Below are positions 49,040 through 59,560 of a DNA stretch of 64,000 nt, one piece after another. The notes under the pieces were generated by a model that saw only the letters and a program-made list of their open reading frames with translations, made no database searches and was not told the origin of the DNA. Position numbers and translations under genes: made by a program. Numbering within the stretch: the first letter of the stretch is position 1; every line of letters starts with the position of its first letter. This DNA is from an uncultured Rhizobacter sp. (GTDB lineage Bacteria > Pseudomonadota > Gammaproteobacteria > Burkholderiales > Burkholderiaceae_C), in assembly GCA_966211755.1 (NCBI GenBank), contig CBIHOH010000006.1:24534-88533 (forward strand), read 5' to 3'.

Positions 49040-49777
49040 TCATCGCAAGTCGCCTCGACGACCTGAAGCGGGACGTTCGAGCGACTTCAGGCGGGCGACC
49101 TCCACTTCGATGGCATCGCGAACACCCTTGAAGTAGGCCGACATTTCCGCCAGGGATGGTGCCTCGGCCAACAAGGATTCGTAGCCCTCGTCCAGCAAGC
49201 CGACCTTGCCGGAACACATGCGCGCCATGGCGATGTCGAACTTCGAGGGCACGCCGGCCAGCTCGAAAGTCCGGTAGATGTCGAGAGGCTGGAACAGACC
49301 ACGCTGCAGCATGACGTACATGTCCAGCCAATCCCGTGTCTTGGAGCGATTGGCACATGCCATGCATTTGAGCCGGAAGATCTCCTCCAGGCCCGCCACC
49401 CGGGGCCCTTGCGAGACACCCGACCGCAACAACACCCTGACCTCGTGGTCGGGCGCGACCAGGGTCAGTTTCACGGTGCCGCCCACCACGTAATCCTGCT
49501 GGTAGTCGTGATAGTCCATGCCCGAGTCTTCGAACTCGGCCACGCCCTCGGGCCGGTCGTTCGACACGAAGCCGAATCCGCTGGCATGCGAAAAGCGCTT
49601 CAAACCTTCGATGGCAGAACGCGGCAACCTGGCCGAGGGGATCATGAAGTCGAGGTCTTCGCTGATGCGGTGATCCAAGTGCATCGACAAGGCCGTCCCA
49701 CCTACCAGCACGAAGCCACCCAGGGCCGATTGCCCTTTCAGGAAAGACCACAGTCGCGCCGTGTCAGGCCGTAGCAT
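49040..49777 (-). CDS. AbiEii/AbiGii-family nucleotidyltransferase toxin
   Basis: VLVGGTALS...HRISEDLDF and K..A...R...RD..D motifs. Confidence 0.88.
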   Translation of the reverse strand: MLRPDTARLWSFLKGQSALGGFVLVGGTALSMHLDHRISEDLDFMIPSARLPRSAIEGLKRFSHASGFGFVSNDRPEGVAEFEDSGMDYHDYQQDYVVGGTVKLTLVAPDHEVRVLLRSGVSQGPRVAGLEEIFRLKCMACANRSKTRDWLDMYVMLQRGLFQPLDIYRTFELAGVPSKFDIAMARMCSGKVGLLDEGYESLLAEAPSLAEMSAYFKGVRDAIEVEVARLKSLERPASGRRGDLR

Positions 49778-50264
49778 GGCTCAACCCGCGCTCGATGTTG
49801 AGCAGCTTGCGGCTGACGTCGGCACGCGCGCGTGCCGACATCCCGACATCGGCATCCGCCATCATCAAGGCCCACTGCTGCCGGACGAACGGCAGGCCAT
49901 GCTCCAACACGGACTCCAGCACCAGATCGTAAGAACCCTTCAAGAGCGCGTTGCGCACCAAGGCCTCATGACTCATGGCCGCGTTGGACCAGGCCAAGCC
50001 GCGTGATGGATCGGCCAAGGACGAGCGCTTGGCCGTGGCGACGTCCGGCGATGACATGGAAGCAGGCCGACCCGACAAGGTCAACGCCAAGCCGACGGCG
50101 TGAGCCAGCGGTTGCAGCGTGCGCAGGTCGATCGTGCCGCGCTTCTTGGCACGGGAAATCGTTTCAGGAGCGACACCGGCGGCGTGGGCCAACCTAGATT
50201 GGTCCAGGCCCGCCTCACGGGCGGCGTCAAGGACTTGGGTCAGCAGAATCAGCTCGATTGACAT
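49764..50264 (-). CDS. XRE-HTH protein, probable antitoxin/autorepressor
   Basis: GLDQSRLAHAAGVAPETISR HTH; helical C-terminal domain; overlaps toxin start. Confidence 0.78.
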   Translation of the reverse strand: MSIELILLTQVLDAAREAGLDQSRLAHAAGVAPETISRAKKRGTIDLRTLQPLAHAVGLALTLSGRPASMSSPDVATAKRSSLADPSRGLAWSNAAMSHEALVRNALLKGSYDLVLESVLEHGLPFVRQQWALMMADADVGMSARARADVSRKLLNIERGLSHATA

Positions 50265-50301
50265 AAGAGTCAATCTACGAAAGATTGACTATCCTGTCAA
50301 T
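50257..50301 (-). promoter_or_regulatory. sigma70 promoter with two palindromic operators
   Basis: Minus strand TTGACA(50300)-17bp-TAGATT(50277)-7bp-ATG(50264); ATTGAC-N6-GTCAAT at 50257 and 50284. Confidence 0.8.
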
Positions 50302-50391
50302 AACCCCGACCAAACGATGAGCTTGCTCGGAGGGAAGGCTCGCCCGAAGACGAGTCAATGCTTCAGACCCGAAACACCGGCGAAGGAAGGA

Positions 50392-51537
50392 TCACGAAGC
50401 ATAGCGCCGGCCCTCGCGCGGCTCCTCGGCCTCCACGCGCGGCGGGGCCAGCCGCTCCACCGCCTCGCCGGTGACGATCACCGTGCGGGTTGGGAAGGCG
50501 AACTCCACGCCGAGCCGGGCGAGCTCGCGCATCAGCGCGAGGTTGATGCGCTGCTGCTCGTCCATGTAGAGGTTGTAGTCGGGGTCCAGCACGACGTAGA
50601 CCACCTCGTAGTCGAGCGAGCTTTCGCCGAAGGCGGCGAAGTGCACGCGCTCCAGGCGCAGCTTGTCGCTCGCGCCGATGATGCCGCGCACCAGCCCGGG
50701 AATCGCCTCGGCCTGCTCCGGCGTGGTGCGATGGCTGATGCCGAACTTGAACGCGATGCGCCGCTCGATCAGCCGCTTGTAGTTGCTGACGGTGTTCTTG
50801 AGCAGCTCGGTGTTCGAGACCACGATCTGCTCGCCGCCCAGGCTGCGGATGCGCGTGGTCTTGAGCCCGACGTGCTCGACCGAACCCGACAGCCCGTCGA
50901 CCACGATGAAGTCGCCGACCTCGAAGGGCTTGTCGACCGCGATCGACAACGAGGCGAACAGGTCGCTGAGGATGTTCTGCACCGCCAGGGCCACGGCGAT
51001 GCCGCCCACGCCCAGGCTGGCCACGAAGGCGGTGATGTTGACGCCCAGGTTGGACAGCATGGCCAGCAGCAGCACCGCCCACAGCACGGTGTGCAGCCCC
51101 CAGGACATCAGCGTCGCCGACGCGCCGACCTGGCTCATGCCGGGCGAGGCATGGCGCTCGCTGTAGCGCTTGAGCCCGACATCGATGGCGCGGTGCGCCC
51201 ACAGCGCCACCTGCACGGCCAGGGCGATGAACCAGAGCTGGCCCACGCGGGCGTTCCAGCGCGGCGCCAGGTCGAGCATGCCGAACCCGATGAGCAGGGA
51301 CACCAGCGCGATCAACCAGGTGCTGGTGCCGCGCAGGATGGCCAGGCCGATGTCGTCCACGCCGGTGCGCGTGCGCGCCGACACGGCCTCGATGCGGCGC
51401 AGGGCGAAGCGCAGCGCGAAGAGGATGAGGGCATGGCAGAGCAGGGCGGTCGCGGCGGCCAGCGCCCACTGGGCCGCGCTGGCGCCGAACAGCGTGCGGG
51501 TGCTGAGCCAGTGGCCCAGGGCGTCGGCATCGATCAT
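50392..51537 (-). CDS. MscS family mechanosensitive channel
   Basis: SLGVGGIAVALAVQN, DKPFEVGD, GLKTTRIRS; AGGAG RBS. Confidence 0.92.
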   Translation of the reverse strand: MIDADALGHWLSTRTLFGASAAQWALAAATALLCHALILFALRFALRRIEAVSARTRTGVDDIGLAILRGTSTWLIALVSLLIGFGMLDLAPRWNARVGQLWFIALAVQVALWAHRAIDVGLKRYSERHASPGMSQVGASATLMSWGLHTVLWAVLLLAMLSNLGVNITAFVASLGVGGIAVALAVQNILSDLFASLSIAVDKPFEVGDFIVVDGLSGSVEHVGLKTTRIRSLGGEQIVVSNTELLKNTVSNYKRLIERRIAFKFGISHRTTPEQAEAIPGLVRGIIGASDKLRLERVHFAAFGESSLDYEVVYVVLDPDYNLYMDEQQRINLALMRELARLGVEFAFPTRTVIVTGEAVERLAPPRVEAEEPREGRRYAS

Positions 51538-51722
51538 CGGCAGGTCTCCTGAAGCCCGGGCGACCGCCGCCCGGACAGCCATTGCAACGGGCGCGACACC
51601 GTCCGGCCATCGGACCGGCGCGCGCCCGGACGTAGGGATAGGACTACCAGGGCCGCGCGGCTGAGGTAGGCTCGCTGGTCTTGCCGCCACAGGCATCGAT
51701 CTTTCACCGGAAGCGCCCGCTC

Positions 51723-52874
51723 ATGTCACACCCTCTCGTCATCCTCGGCACCGGCCTGGCCGGCTACACCCTCGCCCGCGAATTCCGCAAGCTGGACAAG
51801 GAAACGCCGCTGGTCCTGCTCAGCCGCGACCATGCGGGCTTCTATTCCAAGCCGATGCTGTCCAACGCCCTGGCCGGCAAGAAGACCGCGGCCACGCTGG
51901 TGATGAAGACGGCCGACAAGATGGCCGCCGAGCTGAATGCCACCATCCATCCCGACACCTCGGTGAGCGGCATCGACACCGCCGGCCGCCGCGTCGAGCT
52001 GGCCGACGGCCGCCGGATCGACTACAGCGACCTGGTGATCGCCACCGGCGCCGACCCGATCCGCCTGCCGCTGCAGGGCGACGCGGCGGCCGAGGTGTTG
52101 TCGGTCAACGACCTGGACGACTACGCCCGCTTCGCCGAGCGCCTCGACCACGCCACCTCGGTGGTCATCCTCGGGGCCGGCCTGATCGGCTGCGAATTCG
52201 CCAACGACCTGCTGGCGCGCGGCATCGCGCCCACGGTGATCGACCTCGCCCCCCGGCCTCTGCCGCGCCTGCTGCCCGAAGCGGCGGCCGACCGGCTGCG
52301 CGGCAAGCTCGAGGCCGCCGGTGCGCGCTTCCGTTTCGGCACCTCGGTGACGGCGGTCGAGCGCGAGGGCAGCGCCTACCGGTTGAGCCTGAGCGACGGC
52401 AGCACGCTCGCGGCCGACCTGGTGCTGTCCGCCGTCGGCCTGCGCCCGCGCACCGCGCTGGCCGGCGAAGCGGGGCTGAGCGTCAACCGGGGCATCGTCA
52501 CCGACCGCCTGCTGGCGGCGAGCGCGCCCCATGTGCACGCGCTCGGCGACTGCGCCGAGGTCGACGGCCACACCTTGCCCTACGTGATGCCCATCATGCA
52601 GCAGGCCCGCGCCCTGGCCGCCACGCTGGCCGGCCAGCCCACGCCCGTGGTCTATCCGGCGATGCCGGTCACGGTCAAGACCCCGGCCTGCCCGACGGTG
52701 GTCTGCCCGCCTCCGCTCGACGCCTCCGGTGCCTGGCAGGTCGAGCTGAGCGAGGAGGGCTGCGATGCGCGCTTCCTCAGCGGCGACGGGCAATTGCTCG
52801 GTTTCGCCCTGCTCGGCAGCGCCACCGCCCAGCGCCAGGCGCTGGCGGCCCAGGTGCCCGGCCTGCTGGTCTGA
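51723..52874 (+). CDS. FAD/NAD(P) oxidoreductase, rubredoxin reductase-like
   Basis: GTGLAG, YSKPMLS, ATGA, GAGLIGCEFANDL, LGDCAE, VKTP. Confidence 0.88.
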   Translation: MSHPLVILGTGLAGYTLAREFRKLDKETPLVLLSRDHAGFYSKPMLSNALAGKKTAATLVMKTADKMAAELNATIHPDTSVSGIDTAGRRVELADGRRIDYSDLVIATGADPIRLPLQGDAAAEVLSVNDLDDYARFAERLDHATSVVILGAGLIGCEFANDLLARGIAPTVIDLAPRPLPRLLPEAAADRLRGKLEAAGARFRFGTSVTAVEREGSAYRLSLSDGSTLAADLVLSAVGLRPRTALAGEAGLSVNRGIVTDRLLAASAPHVHALGDCAEVDGHTLPYVMPIMQQARALAATLAGQPTPVVYPAMPVTVKTPACPTVVCPPPLDASGAWQVELSEEGCDARFLSGDGQLLGFALLGSATAQRQALAAQVPGLLV

Positions 52875-52983
52875 GCCCGTCCGCCACGGGCGCCGGAGAA
52901 ATGCGCAAAAGCGCACGTTTTTCGCGCCCTGCCGGCGCCGCCGCGGCGGCACACTGCAGGCATCGATCCACCTGGTGCCTGCC

Positions 52984-53196
52984 ATGCCTCGATCCACAGC
53001 CCTCCTCCGTGGACGCCCGTTCCGCCTCTACCTGCTGGGCCATGGCCTGATCCTGGCCGGCGCCTGGTCCATCGAGGCCACCGCCTCGATGCTGCCCATG
53101 GCCCTGGCGGCCTCGGCCGCGGTGATGCTGTCGGTGCCGCTGCTGCGTGAAATCCTGTCGCGCAAGAAGGCCGCCATTCGTTCTTCCGAGCGCTGA
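52984..53196 (+). CDS. small membrane protein
   Basis: 70 aa, two hydrophobic stretches, basic tail. Confidence 0.5.
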   Translation: MPRSTALLRGRPFRLYLLGHGLILAGAWSIEATASMLPMALAASAAVMLSVPLLREILSRKKAAIRSSER

Positions 53197-53494
53197 TCAG
53201 GGTCGTTCCTCCCACGCTCTTCCGTCTTCCTCCGGCCTCGTTCGCCCCCCTCTCCATGTAGGACTGCGCCCACGTCCGACCCTGTGTCTGGACGACCGGG
53301 GCGCGCGCCCTCGTCCGCTGCCCGGGGCCACGCCCGGCGCGCATTCTTGGCATCTCCGCCGGCCACAAGCCGGCGGCGCTTCACAGACCCGGGCCACAGC
53401 TGCGGCGCGTCGACGGGAGCCGGTAAATCCACCCTCCCCGTGTTTCCAGGCCGCCCCGGATCTTGCCACTCACATTGCTGAAGGAGAGAAAGAC

Positions 53495-54022
53495 ATGAGC
53501 AACACCAAGCCACTCGTGACCGGCCTTTTCCGTGACCGCGACAGCGCCGAGCGCGCCTACGAGTCGGTCTCTGCCCGCGGCTACGACAAGAACGACGTCA
53601 ACCTCGTCATGTCGGACGAAACCCGCAAGAAACACTTCTCGGGCAGCACCGCAGGCCGTGAGACCGAGCTCGGCAACAAGGCGGCCGAAGGGGCGGGCGT
53701 GGGCGGCGCGATCGGCGGCACCGTGGGTGCGATCGCGGCGGCCATCGCCGCCGTGGGCACCACACTGGCCATTCCCGGCCTGGGCCTGGTCATCGCGGGG
53801 CCGCTGGCCGCGGCGGTGGCCGGTGCCGGTGCCGGCGCCGCCACCGGCGGCATCGTCGGCGCCCTGATCGGCTGGGGCATCCCCGAGGAGCGGGTGAAAG
53901 AGTACGAACAAGGCATCAAGGAGGGCGGCATCCTGATGGCCGTCAACCCGCGCAACGAAGCCGATGCCCAGCACTTCGAGACCACCTGGCGCGCCCATCA
54001 GGGCGAACGCGTCTACCGCTGA
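53495..54022 (+). CDS. general stress protein-like (YflT-like, Gly-zipper membrane) protein
   Basis: AAGGAG RBS; GLF.....AERA, AIPGLG..IAGPL, GIPEE....YE..IKEGGIL. Confidence 0.8.
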   Translation: MSNTKPLVTGLFRDRDSAERAYESVSARGYDKNDVNLVMSDETRKKHFSGSTAGRETELGNKAAEGAGVGGAIGGTVGAIAAAIAAVGTTLAIPGLGLVIAGPLAAAVAGAGAGAATGGIVGALIGWGIPEERVKEYEQGIKEGGILMAVNPRNEADAQHFETTWRAHQGERVYR

Positions 54023-54258
54023 AGCCCGCATGGGTGCCGCCCACGCTTGACGGCGGGGGCCGAGAGGGGCCCGGTCGCGACGGCGCCGGACCCCTTTGCG
54101 CATCGGCAAGCCACCTGCCGTGCCGCACAGCCCGGGTCCGCACCGGGATGCGGGCACGGCCGGCCGGATGGTTCAAGGACCCGGCGACGGCAGCCGCCCG
54201 GTCCGCCCACGGGACGACACCCCGGTTCGAACGGCCGGGCGCGTCACGGCCAAGGATC

Positions 54259-56328
54259 TCAGATCGCCAGCGGGTCCACGTCGAGTGCCCAGCGCAGCAC
54301 CCCTTTGTGTTCGCTGCGCAGCGCGGGCAGGGCCGCCATCCACGGCGACAGCACCCGCTGCAGCTGGCCGCGGCTGCCCGCCTCGACCAGCATCTGCATG
54401 CGTTCGACGTCGGCCACCCGGGCGATGGTGGTCGGCACCGGCGGATAGATCAGCAGCTCGGCGGCGCCGTCCAGCCCGCCGGCGAGTTCGGCCGCGGCCT
54501 GCAGGAAGGCCTTCGCGCCGTCCGCCGTGCGCGCCTCGGCCCGCAGCAGCGCGAGGTGCACGAAGGGCGGCAGGCCGGCCATCTCGCGCTCCTTCAGCTG
54601 GCTGGCGGCGAAGGCCGCGTAGTCATGCTGGCGCAGGGCGCCGTACAGCGGATGGACGGGATGCCAGGTCTGCACCCACATCTCGCTGCGTCCGGCCTGC
54701 GCGGCGTCGCGCCCGGCACGGCCGGCCGCCTGCATCAGGAGCGAGAACAGGCGCTCGGGCGCGCGGAAGTCGCTGCTGAACAGGGCGCAGTCCGGGTTGA
54801 TCGCCGCCACCAGGGTGATGCGGCGGAAGTCATGGCCCTTGGTCACCATCTGGGTGCCGACCAGCACATCGACCTCGCCTGCATGCACCGCCGACAGCTG
54901 GGTTTCGAGCGCTCCCTTGTGCCTGGTCGTGTCGGCATCGATGCGCGCCATGCGGGCCCCCGGCAACGCCGCCGCGAGCTGCTCCTCGAGCCGCTCGGTG
55001 CCCTGGCCCAGCGGGGCGATGTCGGGATTGCCGCAGTCCGGACAGGCGCGCGGCACCGGCTGGGTCAGGCCGCAGTGGTGGCAGCGCAGCGTGCGGTCCA
55101 GCTTGTGGAACACGCGCCAGGCGCTGCAGTGCGGACAACCGCTCTTCCAGCCGCAATCGGTGCAGTGCAGGACCGGCGAGTAGCCGCGCCGGTTGAGGAA
55201 GACCAGCGATTGCTCGCCCCGCTCCAGCCGCAGCGCCAGGGCGGCGACCAGCTGCGGCGACAGGGCCGAGGTGACCCCCTTCACCTTGGGCAGCTGGGTC
55301 ATGTCGACCAGCCGCACCCGCGGCAGCATGCCCCCGCCCACGCGACTGGCCAGGCTCAGCCGCACGTAGCGGCCCTGCTCGGCGCGCTGCCAGCTCTCGA
55401 GCGAGGGCGTGGCCGAGCCGAGGATCACGCAGGCCCCCTCCAGCTTGCCCCGGTAGACCGCCAGGTCGCGGGCGGAATAGCGTGCGCCCTCCTGCTGCTT
55501 GTAGGAGGGATCGTGTTCCTCGTCGACCACGATCAGGCCCAGGCGCGGCAAGGGCGCGAACACGGCCAGCCGCGTGCCCAGCACCAGGTCGGCCAGGCCG
55601 AGGTGGGCGGCCAGCCAGTTCTTCAGGCGTTGCGCCGGGGTCAGCCCGCTGTGCAGCGAGACGATGCGGCGCGGCGAGGGGCCGGTCGCGAAGCGCTCGG
55701 CGAAACGGGCCTCGAGTTGCGGCGTCAGGTTGATTTCAGGCACCAGCACCAGCACCTGCCGGCCCGAGGCCAGGGCCTGCTCGGCCGCACGCAGGTAGAC
55801 CTCGGTCTTGCCGCTGCCGGTCAGCCCGTGCAACAGCACGACCGGCGCGCTGCCGGGCTGGTCCAGCGCCTGCAGGCGCGCCAGCGCCGCCGCCTGCTCC
55901 TCGTTCAACCCAGGACGGGCCGGTGGCTCCACCACCGGCAAGGGCTTGGCCGCGGCCTTGCGCAGGCGGGCGATGCGCAGGGCCAGCTGGGCATCGTCGA
56001 GCTTGCGCAACTCGGGCGGCAGCACCGACATGGCCACCTCGCCCAGGCCGCGCTGGTAGTAGGCCGCGGTGAAACCCACCAGCTGGCACCAGCGTTCGGG
56101 CAAGGGCGGCAGGGCGTGCAGCACCTGGGTGACGGACTTGAGGGCGAAACCCGGTTCCTCGGCGGCTTCGCCGGGCCAGACCAGGCCCGGCACGTCGCGC
56201 CGGCCGAGCGGCACGCGCACCAGGCTGCCCGGCGCGATCGCCTGCTCGCTCAGGTAGTCGAGGGCGCCGCCAAGCCCGCTGTGTTGCGGCGCCTCGACAG
56301 CCACCCTCAGGCGGCAAGTCTCATCCAT
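54259..56328 (-). CDS. priA: primosomal protein N'
   Basis: GLTGSGKTEVY, VPEINLTPQ, DEEHD, GSATPS, four CxxC pairs, KGHDF, QAAGRAGR. Confidence 0.96.
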   Translation of the reverse strand: MDETCRLRVAVEAPQHSGLGGALDYLSEQAIAPGSLVRVPLGRRDVPGLVWPGEAAEEPGFALKSVTQVLHALPPLPERWCQLVGFTAAYYQRGLGEVAMSVLPPELRKLDDAQLALRIARLRKAAAKPLPVVEPPARPGLNEEQAAALARLQALDQPGSAPVVLLHGLTGSGKTEVYLRAAEQALASGRQVLVLVPEINLTPQLEARFAERFATGPSPRRIVSLHSGLTPAQRLKNWLAAHLGLADLVLGTRLAVFAPLPRLGLIVVDEEHDPSYKQQEGARYSARDLAVYRGKLEGACVILGSATPSLESWQRAEQGRYVRLSLASRVGGGMLPRVRLVDMTQLPKVKGVTSALSPQLVAALALRLERGEQSLVFLNRRGYSPVLHCTDCGWKSGCPHCSAWRVFHKLDRTLRCHHCGLTQPVPRACPDCGNPDIAPLGQGTERLEEQLAAALPGARMARIDADTTRHKGALETQLSAVHAGEVDVLVGTQMVTKGHDFRRITLVAAINPDCALFSSDFRAPERLFSLLMQAAGRAGRDAAQAGRSEMWVQTWHPVHPLYGALRQHDYAAFAASQLKEREMAGLPPFVHLALLRAEARTADGAKAFLQAAAELAGGLDGAAELLIYPPVPTTIARVADVERMQMLVEAGSRGQLQRVLSPWMAALPALRSEHKGVLRWALDVDPLAI

Positions 56329-56367
56329 GGCTGTTACAAATGGAGTTAGCGGGCAAAGCTCATGTTC

Positions 56368-56624
56368 TGTGGAGACAAAGGCGTTAAGTTGCTGATTTCA
56401 AAGTGCTTTCCCATCTTTCCCCGAAATCTGTGGATAACTTTGTGGGTAAGCTGCCCACAGCCGCGCTAAACCGTTGATCTGTCAGGGCTTGGGCTGGATT
56501 GCTCACTTTGGAAGCAAAACGCGAAATGAATAAAATCAACAACTTAGGCACGTTATACCGGTGCAGCCTGCTGCACCGCAGCAGGGTTTCCGGTAAAACA
56601 TCACAGGCAGGGATTTGGGGATAA
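56368..56624. promoter_or_regulatory. DnaA-box cluster with IHF-consensus sites (DARS/datA-like)
   Basis: TGTGGATAA 56429, TGTGGGTAA 56441, TGGGGATAA 56616; AATCAACAACTTA 56534 and inverted near-match at 56385; AT-rich. Confidence 0.7.
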
Positions 56625-56701
56625 GTCAAGCCTGAGTGTTCACTTTTCGAAAAAATGACGGCGTTCCCGCCCCCTGGGTGAGCCGTCGCTAGCCAGCCTC
56701 G

Positions 56702-57796
56702 TCAGGCAGGTTGCGGCAGCGTCCGGCGCGAGTGCTCGTGCACGGTATCGACCAGCACGGACACACTTTCCGGCGGCGTGTGCTGGCTGATGCCATGGCC
56801 CAGGTTGAAGATGTGCCCGGCATGGCTGCCGTCCGGGTTGAGCGGGGAACCGAAGCTGTCGAGGGTGCGGATCACCTCGGCGCGGATCTGCTCCGGCCCG
56901 GCGAACAGCACGTTCGGATCGAGGTTGCCCTGCAGGGCGACGCGCCCGCCGATGCGCTCGCGGGCGCGGCCCAGGTGGACGGTCCAGTCCAGCCCCACGA
57001 CGTCGGGGCCGGCATCGGCGATGTCGTCCATCCACAGCCCGCCCCCCTTGGTGAAGACGATACGCGGGATGCGCTGGCCCTGGTGCTCGGTCTTGACCCG
57101 CTCGAGCACGCGGCGGGTGTAGGCGAGGCTGAAGTCCTGGAAGGCGCCGTCGGCCAGCACGCCGCCCCAGCTGTCGAAGATCATCACGGCCTGCGCGCCG
57201 GCGTCGATCTGCGCGTTCAGGTACACGGCCACCGCCTCGGCATTGACCTCGAGCATGCGGTGCATCAGGTCGGGCCGGCTGTAGAGCATGGACTTGACCA
57301 GGCGGTAGTCGTCCGAACCCTGGCCCTCGACCATGTAGCAGGCCAGCGTCCAGGGACTGCCCGAAAAGCCGATCAGGGGCACCCGGCCCTGGAGCGCGCG
57401 GCGGATCGAGGTGACGGCGTCGAAGACATAGCGCAGCTTGTCCATGTCGGGCACCTGCAGGCGGGCGACCGCGGCCTCGTCGCGCACCGGCGAGGCGAAT
57501 TTCGGGCCCTCGCCGATGGCGAAGCTCAGGCCCAGGCCCATGGCGTCGGGCACGGTCAGGATGTCGCTGAAGAGGATGGCGGCATCGAGCGCGTAGCGCT
57601 CCAGCGGCTGCAGGGTCACCTCGGTGGCGTAGTCGGTGTTGGTGGCCAGCCCCATGAAGCTGCCTGCCTTGGCGCGCGTCGCGCGGTATTCGGGCAGGTA
57701 GCGCCCGGCCTGGCGCATCAGCCAGACCGGGGTGTGGGGGGTGGGCTGGCGCAGGCAGGCGCGCAGAAAACTGTCATTTTGAAGAGGGGCGAACAT
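56702..57796 (-). CDS. hemE: uroporphyrinogen decarboxylase
   Basis: [38 protein letters not shown]. Confidence 0.97.
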   Translation of the reverse strand: MFAPLQNDSFLRACLRQPTPHTPVWLMRQAGRYLPEYRATRAKAGSFMGLATNTDYATEVTLQPLERYALDAAILFSDILTVPDAMGLGLSFAIGEGPKFASPVRDEAAVARLQVPDMDKLRYVFDAVTSIRRALQGRVPLIGFSGSPWTLACYMVEGQGSDDYRLVKSMLYSRPDLMHRMLEVNAEAVAVYLNAQIDAGAQAVMIFDSWGGVLADGAFQDFSLAYTRRVLERVKTEHQGQRIPRIVFTKGGGLWMDDIADAGPDVVGLDWTVHLGRARERIGGRVALQGNLDPNVLFAGPEQIRAEVIRTLDSFGSPLNPDGSHAGHIFNLGHGISQHTPPESVSVLVDTVHEHSRRTLPQPA

Positions 57797-57857
57797 CCAC
57801 GAATTATCGCCCGCCACGTTCGCGCCCATAATTTGCATTCCAACGAAGGGAGAACCC

Positions 57858-58778
57858 ATGCTCGCCCAGAACATCCTCCAGACCATCGGCCACACCCCCC
57901 ACGTGCGGGTGAACCGCCTGTTCGGCTCCACCCACAGCGTGTACGTCAAGTGCGAGCGGGCCAACCCGGGCGGCTCCATCAAGGACCGCATCGCGCTCGC
58001 CATGGTCGAGGCGGCCGAGCAGTCCGGCCAGCTGAAGCCGGGCGGCACCATCATCGAACCCACCTCGGGCAACACCGGCGTCGGGCTGGCCATGGTGGCC
58101 GCCGTCAAGGGCTACAAGCTGGTGCTGGTGATGCCCGAGAGCATGAGCATCGAGCGCCGCCGGCTGATGCTGGCCTACGGCGCCAGCTTCGTGCTCACCC
58201 CGCGCGAGAAGGGCATGAACGGCGCCATCGCCCGCGCCACCGAGCTGCTGGCCGAGACCCCGGGCGGCTGGATGCCGCAGCAGTTCGACAACGCCGCCAA
58301 CATCGAGGTGCACGAGCGCACCACCGCGGCCGAGATCGCCGCCGCCTTTCCGAGCGGCATCGACGCCCTGGTCACCGGGGTCGGCACCGGCGGCCACATC
58401 ACCGGCTGCGCCCGCGTCCTCAAGGCCATGTGGCCCGGGCTCAAGGTGTACGCGGTGGAGCCCTCGGCCTCGCCCGTCATCAGCGGCGGCAAGCCGGCCC
58501 CCCACCCCATCCAGGGCATAGGCGCCGGCTTCATCCCCAAGAACCTGCAGACCGATCTGCTCGACGGCGTGATCCAGGTCGACGCCGAGGCCGCCAAGGA
58601 GATGGCGCGCCGCTCGGCGCGCGAGGAAGGCCTGCTGGTGGGCATCTCCTCCGGCGCCACGCTGGCGGCCATCGCCCAAAAGCTGCCCGAGCTGCCGGCC
58701 GGGGCGACCGTGCTGGGCTTCAACTACGACACGGGCGAACGCTACCTGTCGATCGAAGCTTTCCTGCCCACCGAGTGA
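57858..58778 (+). CDS. cysK: cysteine synthase A
   Basis: [38 protein letters not shown]. Confidence 0.95.
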   Translation: MLAQNILQTIGHTPHVRVNRLFGSTHSVYVKCERANPGGSIKDRIALAMVEAAEQSGQLKPGGTIIEPTSGNTGVGLAMVAAVKGYKLVLVMPESMSIERRRLMLAYGASFVLTPREKGMNGAIARATELLAETPGGWMPQQFDNAANIEVHERTTAAEIAAAFPSGIDALVTGVGTGGHITGCARVLKAMWPGLKVYAVEPSASPVISGGKPAPHPIQGIGAGFIPKNLQTDLLDGVIQVDAEAAKEMARRSAREEGLLVGISSGATLAAIAQKLPELPAGATVLGFNYDTGERYLSIEAFLPTE

Positions 58779-58779
58779 C

Positions 58780-59508
58780 ATGGCCGACATCCCCCTGCCG
58801 ATGAAACCGCGCATCCTCGTCGTCGAGGACGAACCCGGCATCGCCGACACCTTGCAGTACGCGCTGCGCACCGACGGCTTCGATCCGGCCTGGGTCGCGA
58901 CCGGCGAGGAGGCGGTGGCCCAGGTGCGGGCGCAGCCGCCCGCCCTGGTGATCCTCGATGTCGGCCTGCCCGACACCAGCGGGTTCGAGGTCTTCAAGCG
59001 CCTGCGCGCCCTGGCCGACCTGCCGGTCATCTTCCTCACCGCCCGCAGCGACGAGATCGACCGGGTGGTGGGCCTGGAGCTCGGCGCCGACGACTACGTG
59101 GCCAAGCCCTTCTCGCCGCGCGAGCTGGTGGCGCGGGTGCGCTCCATCCTGCGCCGCTCGGCCAAGACAGCGGGCGCGGGCGCCTCCGCGGCGCCGCCCA
59201 TCCCGGTGCAGGTGGACGCGGGCCGGCGGCAGATCCGCTTCTACGGGCGGCTGCTCGAGCTCTCGCGCTACGAGTTCGGGCTGCTGCAGACCCTGGCCTC
59301 GCGCCCGGGCCATGTGTTCTCGCGCGACGCCCTGCTCGAGCAGGTCTGGGACGACGCGACCGACAGCATCGACCGCACCGTCGACGCCCACGTCAAGACG
59401 CTGCGCGCCAAGATGAAGCTGGTCGCACCGCTGCTCGACCCCATCCGCACCCACCGCGGCAGCGGCTACGCGCTGGCCGAGGATCTGCCCGGCACCCTGG
59501 CGCCGTGA
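58780..59508 (+). CDS. creB: OmpR-family response regulator, CreB-like
   Basis: VEDEPGIADTLQYAL, LDVGLPD, YEF.LL, DRTVDAHVKTLRAK, THRG.GY; alternative start 58801. Confidence 0.88.
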   Translation: MADIPLPMKPRILVVEDEPGIADTLQYALRTDGFDPAWVATGEEAVAQVRAQPPALVILDVGLPDTSGFEVFKRLRALADLPVIFLTARSDEIDRVVGLELGADDYVAKPFSPRELVARVRSILRRSAKTAGAGASAAPPIPVQVDAGRRQIRFYGRLLELSRYEFGLLQTLASRPGHVFSRDALLEQVWDDATDSIDRTVDAHVKTLRAKMKLVAPLLDPIRTHRGSGYALAEDLPGTLAP

Positions 59509-59560
59509 CCGGTCCCGGCTCGCGGCGGCAGGCCGGGCGCGCGGCGGCCGGGGTGCCGCG

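Noticed and set aside
56340..56700. oriC, given hemE linkage in Alphaproteobacteria
   Set aside because: No dnaA/dnaN/gidA here, few boxes and no clear unwinding element; needs genome-wide GC skew to exclude fully.
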